Translations under genes and position numbers: made by a program
Shown: one piece after another, positions 27,194 to 39,979 of the stretch
How the letters are laid out: the number at the start of each line of letters is the position of its first letter
Numbering within the stretch: the first letter of the stretch is position 1
Notes under the pieces: model-generated
The model's input: only the letters and a program-made list of their open reading frames with translations
Database searches by the model: none
What the model was told of the DNA's origin: nothing
Assembly: GCF_006345805.1 (NCBI RefSeq)
Contig: NC_042998.1
Location: 100,254,001-100,318,000, forward strand
From: Octopus sinensis
Taxonomy: Eukaryota
Reading direction: 5' to 3'
Length of the DNA stretch: 64,000 nt

Positions 27194-28799
27194 ATGTGAA
27201 CTACAATGAAAAAAGTATGAGTAAGATATGGTACATAATTTTTTTTGTGCAGGGGTTCCTTAAGATATATTCATTTTAAGGGTTATGCAAGGGTAAAAAG
27301 GTTGAGAAACACTGATATATACATATAAAATGGTCCAACTTACACTGATTAGAAATTTCGAATCTGTTTAAGTTGAACCTTTTTATATGTATACATATAT
27401 ACATCTTTTGTATTTCAGGTATTTAATATACTTTACATAGTGATCCAATTTGCTTATCCCTACATTTACCTCTATACCAGCTCAAGTTTAACTTTCTTGG
27501 GCACTACAAGTGTATTCTATATGAAGAATAGTTGGATTGCATCTAAGAACTATCATCATCATCATCATCATCATCGTTTAACGTCCGTTCTCCATGCTAG
27601 CATGGGTTGGACGGTTCGACCGCGGATCTGGGAAACCAAAAGGCTGCACCAGGATCCAGTCTGATCTGGCAGTATTTCTACAGCTGGATGCCCTTCCTAA
27701 CGCCAACCACTCCGTGAGTGTAGTGGGTGCTTTTTATGTGCCAGCGGCCATGATCGGATTGGTGCATTTTACATGCCACTGGCACGGAAGCCAGTCGAGG
27801 TGGTGCTGGCATTGGCCACGTTCGGATGGTGCTTTTTACGTGCCACCGGCACAAGGATCACAACTGCAGTTTCCATTGATTTTGATGTTGGTGTACTTGA
27901 CTCAATGGATCTCCTCAAGCACAGGGTCGAAATGGTGTTTCTTCACTTGCCACCTGCACAGGAGTCAGTCCAGCGGTCCTGGCAACTGCCGGGTGCCAGT
28001 CATAGGATTGGTTCAATTTCGATTTCACTTGCCCCAACAGGTCTTCGCAAGCAGAGTTATATACATACATATTGATGGGGATAGGTACCCATTTCTGTGG
28101 TACAGCACTTGGGCTCAAAAGCAAGTACATGATGATGATACAGCAGAAACTCACATAACAATGGTGTTGGTAATGATGATTTCTATATTTATATCTTAAA
28201 ACAAAATGAGACATATTGAACGAAGGAAGTTGACAAAATTTGACGAATAAATGACTAATAAGTGAAATACTAGTCATGTGTATATTGTTATTCCACTCCA
28301 GTAGGTTTTCCTGTTAAGCTGGGAATGGTTGTCAAAACCAACTTCGAAAAGGACTTCACCTAAAGTATACATACCAAATAAAGCATTATATGTTGAAACA
28401 CTTCCTCCCATTTACTCTCTCTCTCTCTCTTCTTCTCCACATTTTTCTCTCTCCCTGCCTCTCGCCCACTCTGTCAGTCAATAAGATTAAAAATAGAATC
28501 ACCATCAACATTTTAATTACTATCTTTGTTGTGTTGAGGTGTGGTCATCACACAACGATGATGATGATGAAGATGATGTTAAAGTGACGAAGTAATTATC
28601 AAAAATTTGCGTTATAAGCCCTTTAGCATAAAATTCTAAGCCCTTAAATCATTCATGTAACCGCTCAGCAAATAAAAAAAATATGCTTTGGTTCATATTG
28701 CCTGTATGTAAAACAAACACACACATACTCACCTATATATATGTATGTGTGTATGTATGTCTGTGTGTATATAATCATCATGTCTGTGTGTATATAATC

Positions 28800-29251
28800 A
28801 TAATTTATTTGTATGATACAAAGATGCTGAAATTTTAAAAAATATAACGATACAAATAAATTATAAGCTGTAAAGATCAAAAATAAAATGGGACATGTGA
28901 AAAAACCTACATATATGTTTCAGTTCTAGCCCCTAGCTGATATGCAGTTCTAAGCATTTGGTTATATGCTAAGAAAGTAATATTCTGTATGTATTCTTCA
29001 AATGTAAATGCTTAGTTCTATAAGCTCATAATAACCCTGAAGAAGTTCTGCCCATATAGTTTAAAATGATACTTTTCTTAGCATATAATTAAATGCTTAG
29101 ATTGCATATCAACTAGGGGCTAGAACTGAAACATATATGTAAGTTTTTTCACATGTCCCATTTTCTTTTTGAGCTTTACAACTTATAATTTATTTGTATT
29201 GTTATGTTTAAAAAAAAATTTCAACATCTTTATATTATACAAATAAATTAT
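28800..29251. repeat. Long foldback (~180-bp arms, ~95-nt spacer)
   Basis: taatttatttgtat..gggacatgtgaaaaaacctacatatatgtttcagttctagcccctag..atatgctaagaaagta is mirrored by tacttttcttagcatat..ctaggggctagaactgaaacatatatgtaagttttttcacatgtccc..atacaaataaatta. Confidence 0.93.
29030..29150 (+). ncRNA. Type I hammerhead ribozyme motif inside the foldback at 28800-29251
   Basis: CUGAAGA (29037-43), stem II AGUUCU (29044-49)/AGAACU (29122-27), GAAAC (29128-32), palindromic AUAUAU, GUA (29139-41). Stem I aauaacc/aguuuuu has a mismatch at the first pair. Confidence 0.65.
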
Positions 29252-32001
29252 TCATACATCCACCTTTCTTCCTCTTCTTTCTTTCAATATTAATATGTAT
29301 TACTACAATAATCCCTAACATATTGTAGAGACTTTTGCATTATATAATAGTGATTAACTAGTGGAATCTTTTGGATTATATAATCCCTAAAGTGGATCTA
29401 ACTTTCTTAAACTGACTATACACACACACACACAAATGTATATGTGCACATATGTGTATGTTTGTGTGTATCAATCATCATTTTCATCTCTTTTTTATAC
29501 TTTGAAGGGATTGACAGAATTAGTTGAAGTGCATATTCAACACCCAGATACTCTTCCTGTTGCTAACCCTCACCTGTTTCCAAGCAAGATATTGTACCCC
29601 CATTAGGTTTACAGCTATCATATGATATTGACACATTTATATACTTTTGTTTTAAAGTTTGTCTACCATTGGTATATATGTGAATATACACACATATATA
29701 CAAACACAGACACAAAGACACTCGTACACACGTGTGTGCGTGTGTATATCATAATAATAATCATAATAATAATAATGATTCAGATAGAATGAGGTACTTG
29801 AAAAGATATGCACTAGGTAGGGTTGGATAAGCCTGTGGTCAACACCTACAGTTGATAAATATCAAGTAGGATATTCTGGTTGTGTACAGAGAAAACCATC
29901 CCTATGAGTATTTAGTGCCAAGTGGCTGGTCTAAAGTACAAGTCACATTGATTGTATGGTGTTGGTATACTCCAAGGTGTCTGACATATTGTAAATCCCT
30001 ATGGTGTGTTATAATCAAATGAATAACAGACAATTATCCATTGTCTGTTATTATTCATTTGATACATACATACATATGATGGGCTTCTTTCAGTTTCCGT
30101 CTTCCAAATCCATTCACAAGGCTTTGATCAGCCTGAGGCTATAGTAAAAGACACTTGCCCAAGGTACCACACAGGGTAACTGAACCAGAACCATGTGGTT
30201 GGAAAACAAGCTTTTTACCACACCCATGCCTCTATATATATATATGTGTACACTTACATGTATGTATACACACACTTTTCCCCCTCCCTTCTCTCTCTTC
30301 AAATTGTACATAATATACATTTAGATAGTTACATATATATGAAAAAAGATTTGAAAAGAGAGAGAGAGAGAAACAGTAAGATAAAGAGAGACGGATAGTA
30401 AGAAAAAAAGGATAGAGAGATAAAACATCGCAGTAGGGTTTTCAGCATTATATCATATGAGCAAAAAATTTAAATTCCAGTCTACAATGTTGAAACATTT
30501 ATGTCATCAGTGTAAGAGATCTTCAAATGTCAACAGTTTGGGGATGTTTTTGAAGACAACTGAATAAACTGATTCTTGTAATGCTAACTTTTTTCCCTGT
30601 TAACATTTTTCTTTTCCAAAGATAATAATATGATGTTTCATATGTACTGGAGCAGCAGTCCTAGTTCAAACAAATTATGCTTCTAAGTGGCTAGCCATAA
30701 ATGCAAGTAAAGTCTGAAATGATATTTAATGATATCTGCTCAGAGTGTTTATATTTAATAATTTGGAATAAAATAAAAAATTGAAAATAATTTTCAAATT
30801 AACAGGGTTTTTTCCTCCTAAATGCCACCAACAAATTTAAATCTGTGTTGTCATGCCAACAGACAAATACAAACAGAAATTGGATATTTTAGAATAAGCA
30901 AGAATTTTTTTCTATCTATTTATCCTATCCTAGTGCCATTAATTACCAAGATGTGCTGCAATGTACTGGAGCTTCTCAGTTTTCATAATGTTAGTAGTTG
31001 TCAAATATTTCTCACCATCACTATTCCAGATATGACATGGTTCTATTACAGGCTTAGCTTATTAGAGAGACTTCAACTTGGCACTAGGACTTAATGAAAC
31101 ATTAATTAATTATGCAGTGCTTTTGCTGTTTTTAATTGCTAATCTACAATTACACAAGATATCAGTAGCAGCAGCAATAGTAGAAATAGTTGATATTTAC
31201 TTCCAAGTTTGATCCAAAAGTCACATTCCAAATGTGACTAACTTTTTATATATCAAGGACCGCATTTTTTAAAACAGCAGGGTGTAATTTGGGTACAATT
31301 TCTGGGAATTTAATCTAACACTTTGATGATTCTTGATTTGTGTATAAACTAGGAGAAAGGGACCATCAAAAGCTATATGTTTTGTCAACACTGAAGTACT
31401 ATGAATTGCAAATACTTTGATTTCTGATCAAATCAGGAAGTTATGACTTACAAAATATTAGTATAAAATAATACTTTGAATACTTTGGTATTCATTGTGC
31501 TAAAGGGATTACATAAATATTGATGTCAAACTAATACGTTGAAACTAAGAAAAATGACCCTTCCTTTGTGATTTTGGGTTTGTATTTTTCTTACTTTGTG
31601 GTAGCTAGACCTGATTGGCTTTAATACTAACGTTATAAAGAGCTATTTTTATCGAGGAGGATGAATGTAACACTAAATATATAGGTAACTAGTTATATAT
31701 GTAATTTTTGAGAACAGCAATGACAAGGATCATGTATGTATGCATGCACACATGCATGTATGTTAAATTGAAGTTATTATTTTAACCCTTTTGATACCAA
31801 CCCCACTGAGACTGTCCCTGGTTCTATAATAAAATCTTCATCATTTAAAGTGACCTAACTTAAAATATTCCATCAAAACTTCATGTTACTTTATGTTCCA
31901 AAACACCAGCTTAATAGAGACTTGATTAGTTACTAATAATGACTTGATCATAACTTAATTGAAATAAAATCAATGTATTTCAACAGAAACTTGGTAACAA
32001 A

Positions 32002-32462
32002 TTGTCAGGGTCTTTGAGATTCATAGATTATCTAATAACTAAAGTCTGTGAGAGAATCTCTGGTGCTACCTTCAGGAACTACCACCTTACCAACCTGGAT
32101 ACAAATGATGCCACCCTATTCAGCAACTCAACCAATCTGCTCAGGGGCACACTGACCATATACCAAGAGGAATCAGCAAAGCTTGGTCTTCAAGTGAGTT
32201 GGGTGAAACCCAAGCTGATGCATGTTGGTGATAGCCAGGATCCTTCCTCTTCTCCATATTGACCCCACTGTCATGAAGTTTGTTAGCTCCTTCATCTGCC
32301 TGGGCTCCACAGTCACCAACAATGGAGACCTGACCCCGGAAAACAACTGCAGATGTCGTCTGGTCACTGGGATCATGTACTCCCTATGGAACCCTCTTTG
32401 GTGCCACTGTTCTATCTCCCAGAAGATGAAGCTCCACATCTACAACATGTCAGCCTCCAGAT
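32002..32462 (+). mobile_element. RTE-clade LINE reverse transcriptase fragment
   Basis: YHLTNLDTNDATLF (decayed DLxYADD), EESAKLGLQVSWVKPKLM, FICLGSTVTNNGDL and LWNPLWCHCSISQKMKLHIYN; one frameshift. Confidence 0.85.
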
Positions 32463-34015
32463 AACAAAGAATGTAATTACATAAATCAAAGAACTGACCA
32501 ATTTGTTTATTGAAAATCTAAAAGATATGCAGTAAATGACAGAAACAGGCCAATAGACATCACAGAAGCAAACAAATCTGAGGAACCAATATAATCAATG
32601 AAAACTATTTTTTTTACAAAAGGAGCTAAATTTATCGGGAGACTAATCAAATAACATATAACCTTCATACTGTTCTTAGAAAGTGTTAGCAGAGAAGTAA
32701 AGTGAAATCAAAATTGGGTTTGGTTCATCAATAATATCATATCATATTCCAGAACTTTTACTCTATGGGGAAAAGAAGGAATATTCAACAAAGATGCTCA
32801 TGTTTAATTGTAATTGACATATATTTTATACAATTTTAGAGAAAATCCAGATGAGATAGTGTCATGATGATGATTGTAGTAATAATAATGACAACAACAA
32901 GAAAATCTTTTTTAAAGAATATTAGTAACAAATTATAGAGGTGAAACTGGATTATACCACATTGGTACAATAACATTTAATTGTTACTATTAAAAGTTAA
33001 ACAGGAAAGTTAACCCCCAAGGAGTTCCCTGTAAATACTGCATCAAAGAACTTGTAAATAAAAGTAACTTTTGATGAAAATGACTCTTTGAAAGTTTCAT
33101 TATGATATACATTTTAAACAACACAGATTTTTAGCTAACAGTGTGATGTGTAGTGGAATACACTCCAGCAAATGTAAACAAATGTTTTTTTACCATCTCT
33201 CCTCTCTCTCTCGGAAGAAATCCCAAGAAAGACTGAAACCAGATCAGGCCAAACCACCTTTGCCTCCCACAGAGAGATGACAACAGCACCTATTTATATT
33301 TGTCAGTGTGTATTCAATTTCACATCTTAACAGTGGTTAAAAACTTGTTCTGTTTATAAAAGGTACTCTTGATACAGTGTTTCTCATGCTGGGGCTGACA
33401 GGCTGGTGAAATTTGAAAAATGAAAAATGGGAAAAATGGAAAACAAGAAGGTGGGTGGTAAATAAATAACCATGAGAAAAAAAAACTACAATAGTCTTAG
33501 CATAATTTTAAACTTGTTCAGTACCACGGAACACAAAGAGTTATATGGATGCAAAACCTATAAAATATTTAAATCAATGAGAGCGGGGTGAGGGTAATTT
33601 CATTAATATTGGGCGTGGAAACTGAAATGTACCAGTCTGAGAATCACTGCCTTCAAATACATTTAAAATTATCAAACACATGCTGGTTAGTACATCAATA
33701 ATTAAATATTTAACTAAGTAACCCACAAAAATACTAACTTTGTAAATTGGAGTAAACAATTTAATGAAATCAATATATATTGTAGTTGAAAATAACTATT
33801 GGCTATATTTTTGGTCCACGGACAGACAAGAGTGGGTGTGTGATCTCTGAAGAGATTCCAGTTAGGATTAAAACTAGTCTAGTCATTCCCTCAACCACAT
33901 ATTTATTTTCCTTTTTGTTACAAAGAGATGAAAAAGACATTTGTTTACATTTGTCCATTTTGTTCATACATATCAGTGTTGGCTAAAAACTTGTATGGCT
34001 GATATATATATATAT

Positions 34016-34056
<41 letters not shown>

Positions 34057-34452
34057 TTCACATATTCTTTTTCTTTTATTTTTTCAATCATTTGACTGTG
34101 GCCATGCTGGAGTACCAACTTTAGTCGAGCAAATCGACACCAGGACTTATTCTTTGTAAGCCCAGTACTTATTCTATCGGTCTCTCTTGTCGAACTGCTA
34201 AGAGACGGGGACATAAACATGCCAGCACTGGTTGTCAAGCGATGTTGGAGGGACAAACACAGACACACAAACACATATATACATATACACATGATGGGCT
34301 TCTTTCAGTTTCCGTCTACCAAATCCACTCACAAGGCTTTGGTTGGCCCGAGGCTATAGTAGAAGACACTTGCCCATGGTGCCACACAGTGGGACTGCAC
34401 TGAGAACCATGTGGTTGGTACGCAAGCTACTTACCACACAGCCACTCCTGCG

Positions 34453-35144
34453 TTTATATACATATATATATACACACATATACACATACATATACATACA
34501 TATATATATACATATATACATACATACATACATGTATATACACATATATTCATACATATATATACATATATATATATACATATATAGATGTATATACACA
34601 TATATTCATACATATACATACATATATATACACATATATATATACATACATATACACATATATATACATACATACATACATGTATACGCATATATCTCTT
34701 TACTTTTTTACTTGTTTCAGTCATCTGACTGCGGCCATGCTGGAGCACCGCCTTTAGTCGAGCAAATCGACCCCGGGACTTATTCTTTGTAAGCCCAGTA
34801 CTTATTCTATCAGTCTCTTTTGCCGAACCGCTAAGTGACGGGAACATAAACGCACCAGCATCGGTTGTCAAGCAATGTTAGGGGGACAAACACAGACACA
34901 CAAACACACACACATATATATATATATATACATATATACGACAGGCTTCTTTCAGTTTCCGTCTACCAAATCCACTCACAAGGCATTGGTCGACCCGGGG
35001 CTATAGCAGAAGGCACTTGCCCAAGATGCCATGCAGTGGGACTGAACCCGGAACCATGTGGTTGGTTAGCAAGCTACTTACCACACAGCCGCTCCTGCGC
35101 CTATATATATATATATACACACAGATATATACGTACATATGCAT

Positions 35145-35179
<35 letters not shown>

Positions 35180-35284
35180 CAGATATCTATATACATACAC
35201 ACATATATGCATACATATACACATACATATATACTCATATATACATATACACACACACATATTTACATACAAACATATATATAA

Positions 35285-35319
<35 letters not shown>

Positions 35320-35325
35320 CCTTAA
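34453..35325. repeat. (TA/CA/TACA)n microsatellite tracts interleaved with family A SINEs
   Basis: Seen directly in the sequence; explains the YI/HT/VC-rich ORFs in the track. Confidence 0.9.
34696..35100 (-). mobile_element. tRNA-derived SINE family A (internal microsatellite)
   Basis: Head gcaggagcggctgtgtggtaagtagcttgc..ggttccgggttcagtccc, internal (TA/CA)n, tail tgactgaaacaagtaaaa. Other copies: 34066-34452(-), 53441-53827(+), 30077-30231(-, 5' half), about 4468-4570(-) and about 52600-52780(+). Confidence 0.85.
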
Positions 35326-35879
35326 TACATATTTCAAAGTATCAAACACACACTGTTTAGTATATTAATTAATAAATATATCTGTCAGTCTCAATTTCAT
35401 TAAATTATGCCCATATATAGAAGTGGTGGTGTTAGAGATGGCAAGGCAAGAGAGAAGGCAAAAAGGAAACACAGAAACAAATTGGAGAAAGAGGGAGAGT
35501 GATGAAAACCAAGAGACAGAGAGGACAAAAGAAACAAGGGGCGAAATTAAGAGGAAGTGATGCATATACATTAAAGAATAGTTTACAAATATTATTTTTG
35601 TAAAAATATCTGGTGTTTCCTTTTATTTATACAAAGTCTGTTTCAAGGTTATAGCCTCATTAAGCCAGAGTTCATTGCAGTTTCTGAAGTGTATAAGCAA
35701 CTGTAAGTACAAGAATCCTCACTGCAAGGGACACCAGTCCATCACAAAACTTTTGTTCCAAATGCTGCTACAGCTCAACATCAGCTGAGTTGACTGGAGC
35801 CACAAAAAATGAAGAGCCTTGCTCCGAGACAAAGTGCATCAACCAGTTCAAGAATCAAACTCACAACCTTATGGTGTGG

Positions 35880-35961
<82 letters not shown>

Positions 35962-36370
35962 TATATATATACACATATGTCTAAAGTGGTGTACAGATTT
36001 TATATATTAAGAAAAAGGAGGTGGTCAGAATTTTGGATAATTATTTATTTAGCACTTTCATCCCATTTCAGAGATTCATCAGGAATGATTTTTTTTTTTA
36101 ATGGAAAATTTATGCCATTTATATATACGAGTTAGCTGAAAAAATCTGGAGTTAAATGACAAAGAGAATGTTGTTTGTTACTTCTTATCTGTATGTTGTG
36201 AATATTTGGAGGCTTGGTTAGAGAGAGAGAAAAAAAGGGAAAAAGAAAGGACAAGAAGAGAGAGGAAAAAGAAAAGAAGCAAAGAGAGAAAGGGGTATTT
36301 TTCTGAGGTGGCTGAAATTGCATTGTACTTTTTTGGTCAGTCGTATGTTACCCAGCTGTAGAAGGGGGTC

Positions 36371-36439
<69 letters not shown>

Positions 36440-37080
36440 CATCATCATCATCATCGTTTAACGTCCGTTTTCCGCGCTAGCACGGGTTGAACGGTTCAAC
36501 TGGGGTCTGGGAAGCCAGGTGCTGCACCAGGCTCCAGTCTGATCTGGCAGAGTTTCTACAGCTGGATGCCCTTCCTAACGCCAACCACTCCGCAAGTGTA
36601 GTGGGTGCTTTTTACGTGCCACCTGCACAGGTACCAGGGGGGTCTGGCATCAGCCACGATCGGTTGGAGCTTTTAACGTGCCACCGGCACGGAAGCCAGC
36701 CAAGGTGGCGCTGGCAACGGCCACGTTCGGATGGTACTTTTTATGTACCACCGGCACTGGAGCCAGTCGAGGCAGCGCTGCCATCGGCCACGTTCGGATG
36801 GCGCTTTTTATGTGCTACCGGCACAGAAGCCAGTCGAGGCGGTGCTGGCATCGGCCACGTTCGGATGGTGCTTTTTATGTGCTACCGGCACCAAAGCCAG
36901 TCAAGGCAGCACTGGCAATGGCCACGTTCAGATGGTGCTTTTTATGTGCCACCGGCACAGGTATCACAACTACTATTTCCATTGATATTTATTTCGATGT
37001 TCATGTTCATGTACTTGACTCAACAGGTCTCCTCAAGCAGAGTGGAATGTTCTGGAATCCAGGGTACTTTGAATGGGCAG
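36440..37080 (-). mobile_element. Non-autonomous retroelement family D ((GAT)n tail, internal ~65-bp tandem units)
   Basis: Sense strand ..ggttggcgttaggaagggcatccagctgtagaaac..cggacgttaaacgatgatgatg. Copies at 26640-27101(+), 27552-28058(-) and 49662-49815(-). An RTE-like tail is inferred. Confidence 0.8.
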
Positions 37081-37565
37081 GGGCTATATATATATATATA
37101 TATATATATACAATATTATTATTCTTTCTTACGAAGAATATAGAACTGCTTAAGAAGTGTTCAGGTCGAACTAAGATATAATTTATTAACATATATGATT
37201 GCTTAATTTGAGTTTATATCTTAATTCTTGTGTGTGTGTGTATGAACTGCAAAGAAGAGAAGTTTAAATAGACTGAAGAGAGAAAAACAACAACAGCAAA
37301 GAATAAGACAATACTAAATATCTTATCTGCTCTAACAGTAGTTCCAAAGCTGGTTTCAACTGCCAAAACCAGCAACAACAAAACTAAACATGTCACAATA
37401 ATTTCATTCAGTTGATAAAAGAAAAAAATTACTGCTATAATTACTACTGCTGCTACAACTACTACTATGAGAGCTATTAACAGACATGCCACAGTCAGAG
37501 ATGCTCCATGCAATGAAAATATTATTTTCAAGACAAATATAAGATTTTATATAAGAGTAACTCAC

Positions 37566-37642
37566 CGTTTAGGGTCATGAACCTCCACAGAAAATTTCTT
37601 CTCTCGATAATAGAGATTCTCTAACTGCTTCCAGTGGAATAT
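37566..37642 (-). CDS. FRMD4A: FRMD4-like exon (F3 lobe): IFHWKQLENLYYREKKFSVEVHDPK(R)
   Basis: cttttacctcttctgtAG acceptor and CG|GTGAGT donor; 77 nt. Near-identical to FRMD4A IFQWRQLENLYFREKKFSVEVHDPRR. Confidence 0.97.
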
Positions 37643-39937
37643 CTACAGAAGAGGTAAAAGTAGACAGAAAATATTCTAGAGAGACTTGGTAACTTTTAGA
37701 AGCCAAGGCAAAACTTATTCAAAAGGTATGTTTATACAAACATGTCTGCATGCATATATGTATATGTAGACATTAACACATATAGTTATGCAAACAAAAG
37801 ACATGAGGAAACTCATCCTTATTTTTCTTTCATTTATTTTGTCATGCATGAAATGAACCCAAAAGAAAACAAAAAAAAAAATCACACAACAAATCCAACC
37901 TTCTGGAAATGAAGATTATTGAAGATATTATTACAAAGAAGACAGAACTATTTTTATGAGGCAGAAAAAGAATAAGAGTCCCATTGAAAATTCTGGAAGA
38001 AAGTATTTGATTCTCAATAGACAAAAAAAAGTATAATGTATATATTATATATGAGACTGATCTATCTTGTTTCTTGCACAAAAATGCTGGGCCAATCTAT
38101 CAGCCCATTCATCTTAAAAGGACTAAACTTGTTCCATTCTGATTAGTTTATATACTGAATATTGATTTCAAATTTTGACACAAGACCAGCAATTTCAGGG
38201 TTGGAGTAAGTCAATTACATCAACCTCAATGCTTAGCTGGTACTTATTGTGTCGACCCTGAAAGGTGAAAGGCAAAGTTGACCTCAGTGGAATTTGAACT
38301 CAGAACATAAAGCTGCATGAAATGCTAGAATGCTAATTAATGATTCTGCCAGCTTGCCTCCTTAGTTTATGCTTAATATTGAAAGTTGATTCGCTGAGAC
38401 AACAGCATCTCTCATTTGCAATCTTATCTACATATTCCATTAGGTGAAAAAATATCATTTAGCCTTTGAAGCTTAGTTACAGAGAAGGGAAAACCAGGAA
38501 AAGTTAATTCAATGATCCAGTCTTCAATAAAGTGATGCTATTAATAATAATGGTCTCTTACACAGGTACAAGGCTACATATTTTGGTGGGGAGGGATGCA
38601 GTCAACAACAAAATACTGAAAGGCATTTTGTCTGGCACTTTACTGATAGCTTTCATCAACAACGATTATAATAATGACTTTCAATATTGGAGCATAATCA
38701 CAAACTTCTGTAGACAGCATTGTTAGTTGAGTGGGTTTTTTAAAACTTATTTTCATCAACTCAATACTAATGAATGGCAAAGCGGATCACAATAGGATTT
38801 GAACTCAAAATTTAAAGGGAAGTAACTAAATGCCATAAAGCATTTTGTCCAGCGCTTTACAATTTCTCCCAGGAACGACACTTACACATCAACAGAGCTG
38901 GCAACTGTTAGGTTTGAAAAATATCCTAAACCACTTTAGTTTAGAATCTTGGACCCATTTATCTACACCCACATGCTTCTGATTTACAATAAAATCAAAT
39001 AACAGCAGAACAGTAGAAGAGGGAGCAGATAACATTATCAAGTTATAGGACTGCAAATTTGATAACAGACCAGAGTGTTTAGAATAAGATTTCAACATAG
39101 ACAAAAAGTTCTTTATAGATATCAAATGCTCATAGTGAGCCGAATTTAAAATTCATTTTCCCATTACAAGAAATTCCATTACTCTTAACAGAGCTGTTAC
39201 AGCTAATGTTAACTGCTATTCAGAACAACAGTCCAGAAATGCATGTGTGTATGTGTTAATATATTTTGGATGTATGTGTGCATTTACAATACATCTTTTT
39301 CTTTTATTGATTAACACCTAGAAGGTAATTCTATCTCGTGTGACCAGGGCGTGGAAATACAGTGACAAATAGTAGAAATACTAACAACAATGCAAAAACA
39401 GTCAATTTAGTAGATAAGCTGTAAACACTCTCTTTCAGACATAAGATTATACAGCAGTGAAATAGCATTTCACAAGAATTCAAATTTTGAAAACCACTCT
39501 ACCCAGAGGAATACAGAAAGAAGGAAATGTATAAAATAAAAATTACATCCTGACAGTGATATACTCATTGTTGGAACATATACAGTTGTTAAATTCCTCA
39601 TTGTCACAATTTTGAATGAGGAAAGTTATGTGATATTTATACTTACACACATCTGCTATATGAAACAGTCACAAGAAAACCACTTTGATATATTACAATG
39701 TGTTCATTTGTTTGTTGGTTTTACATTTGTTTTTCCATTCTTGCATATTAATGAGACACTGTTTTACAACCAGATGACCTTCCTGTTTTTTCAAGATTTT
39801 TATTCAACTTGTTATGGAACGGGTAGAGCTAACTAATATTTTGTTGGCAGAGAACTGTTGACTATTTGTAGCTTAGTACAGAACGTAAACATTAACAGAA
39901 ACCCACATGCACACACAAACCTATATAATATACATAC

Positions 39938-39979
<42 letters not shown>

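Noticed and set aside
31594-31671. 78-nt acceptor/donor-bounded segment
   Set aside because: Stops in all three frames.
36487-37181. 167-218-aa ORFs (similar ones at 26657-28277)
   Set aside because: They arise from the GC-rich tandem units of family D.
37214-37531. 105-aa TM-like ORF next to the 37566 exon
   Set aside because: Built from AAC/ACT trinucleotide-like low complexity; no donor site, and not in the FERM alignment.
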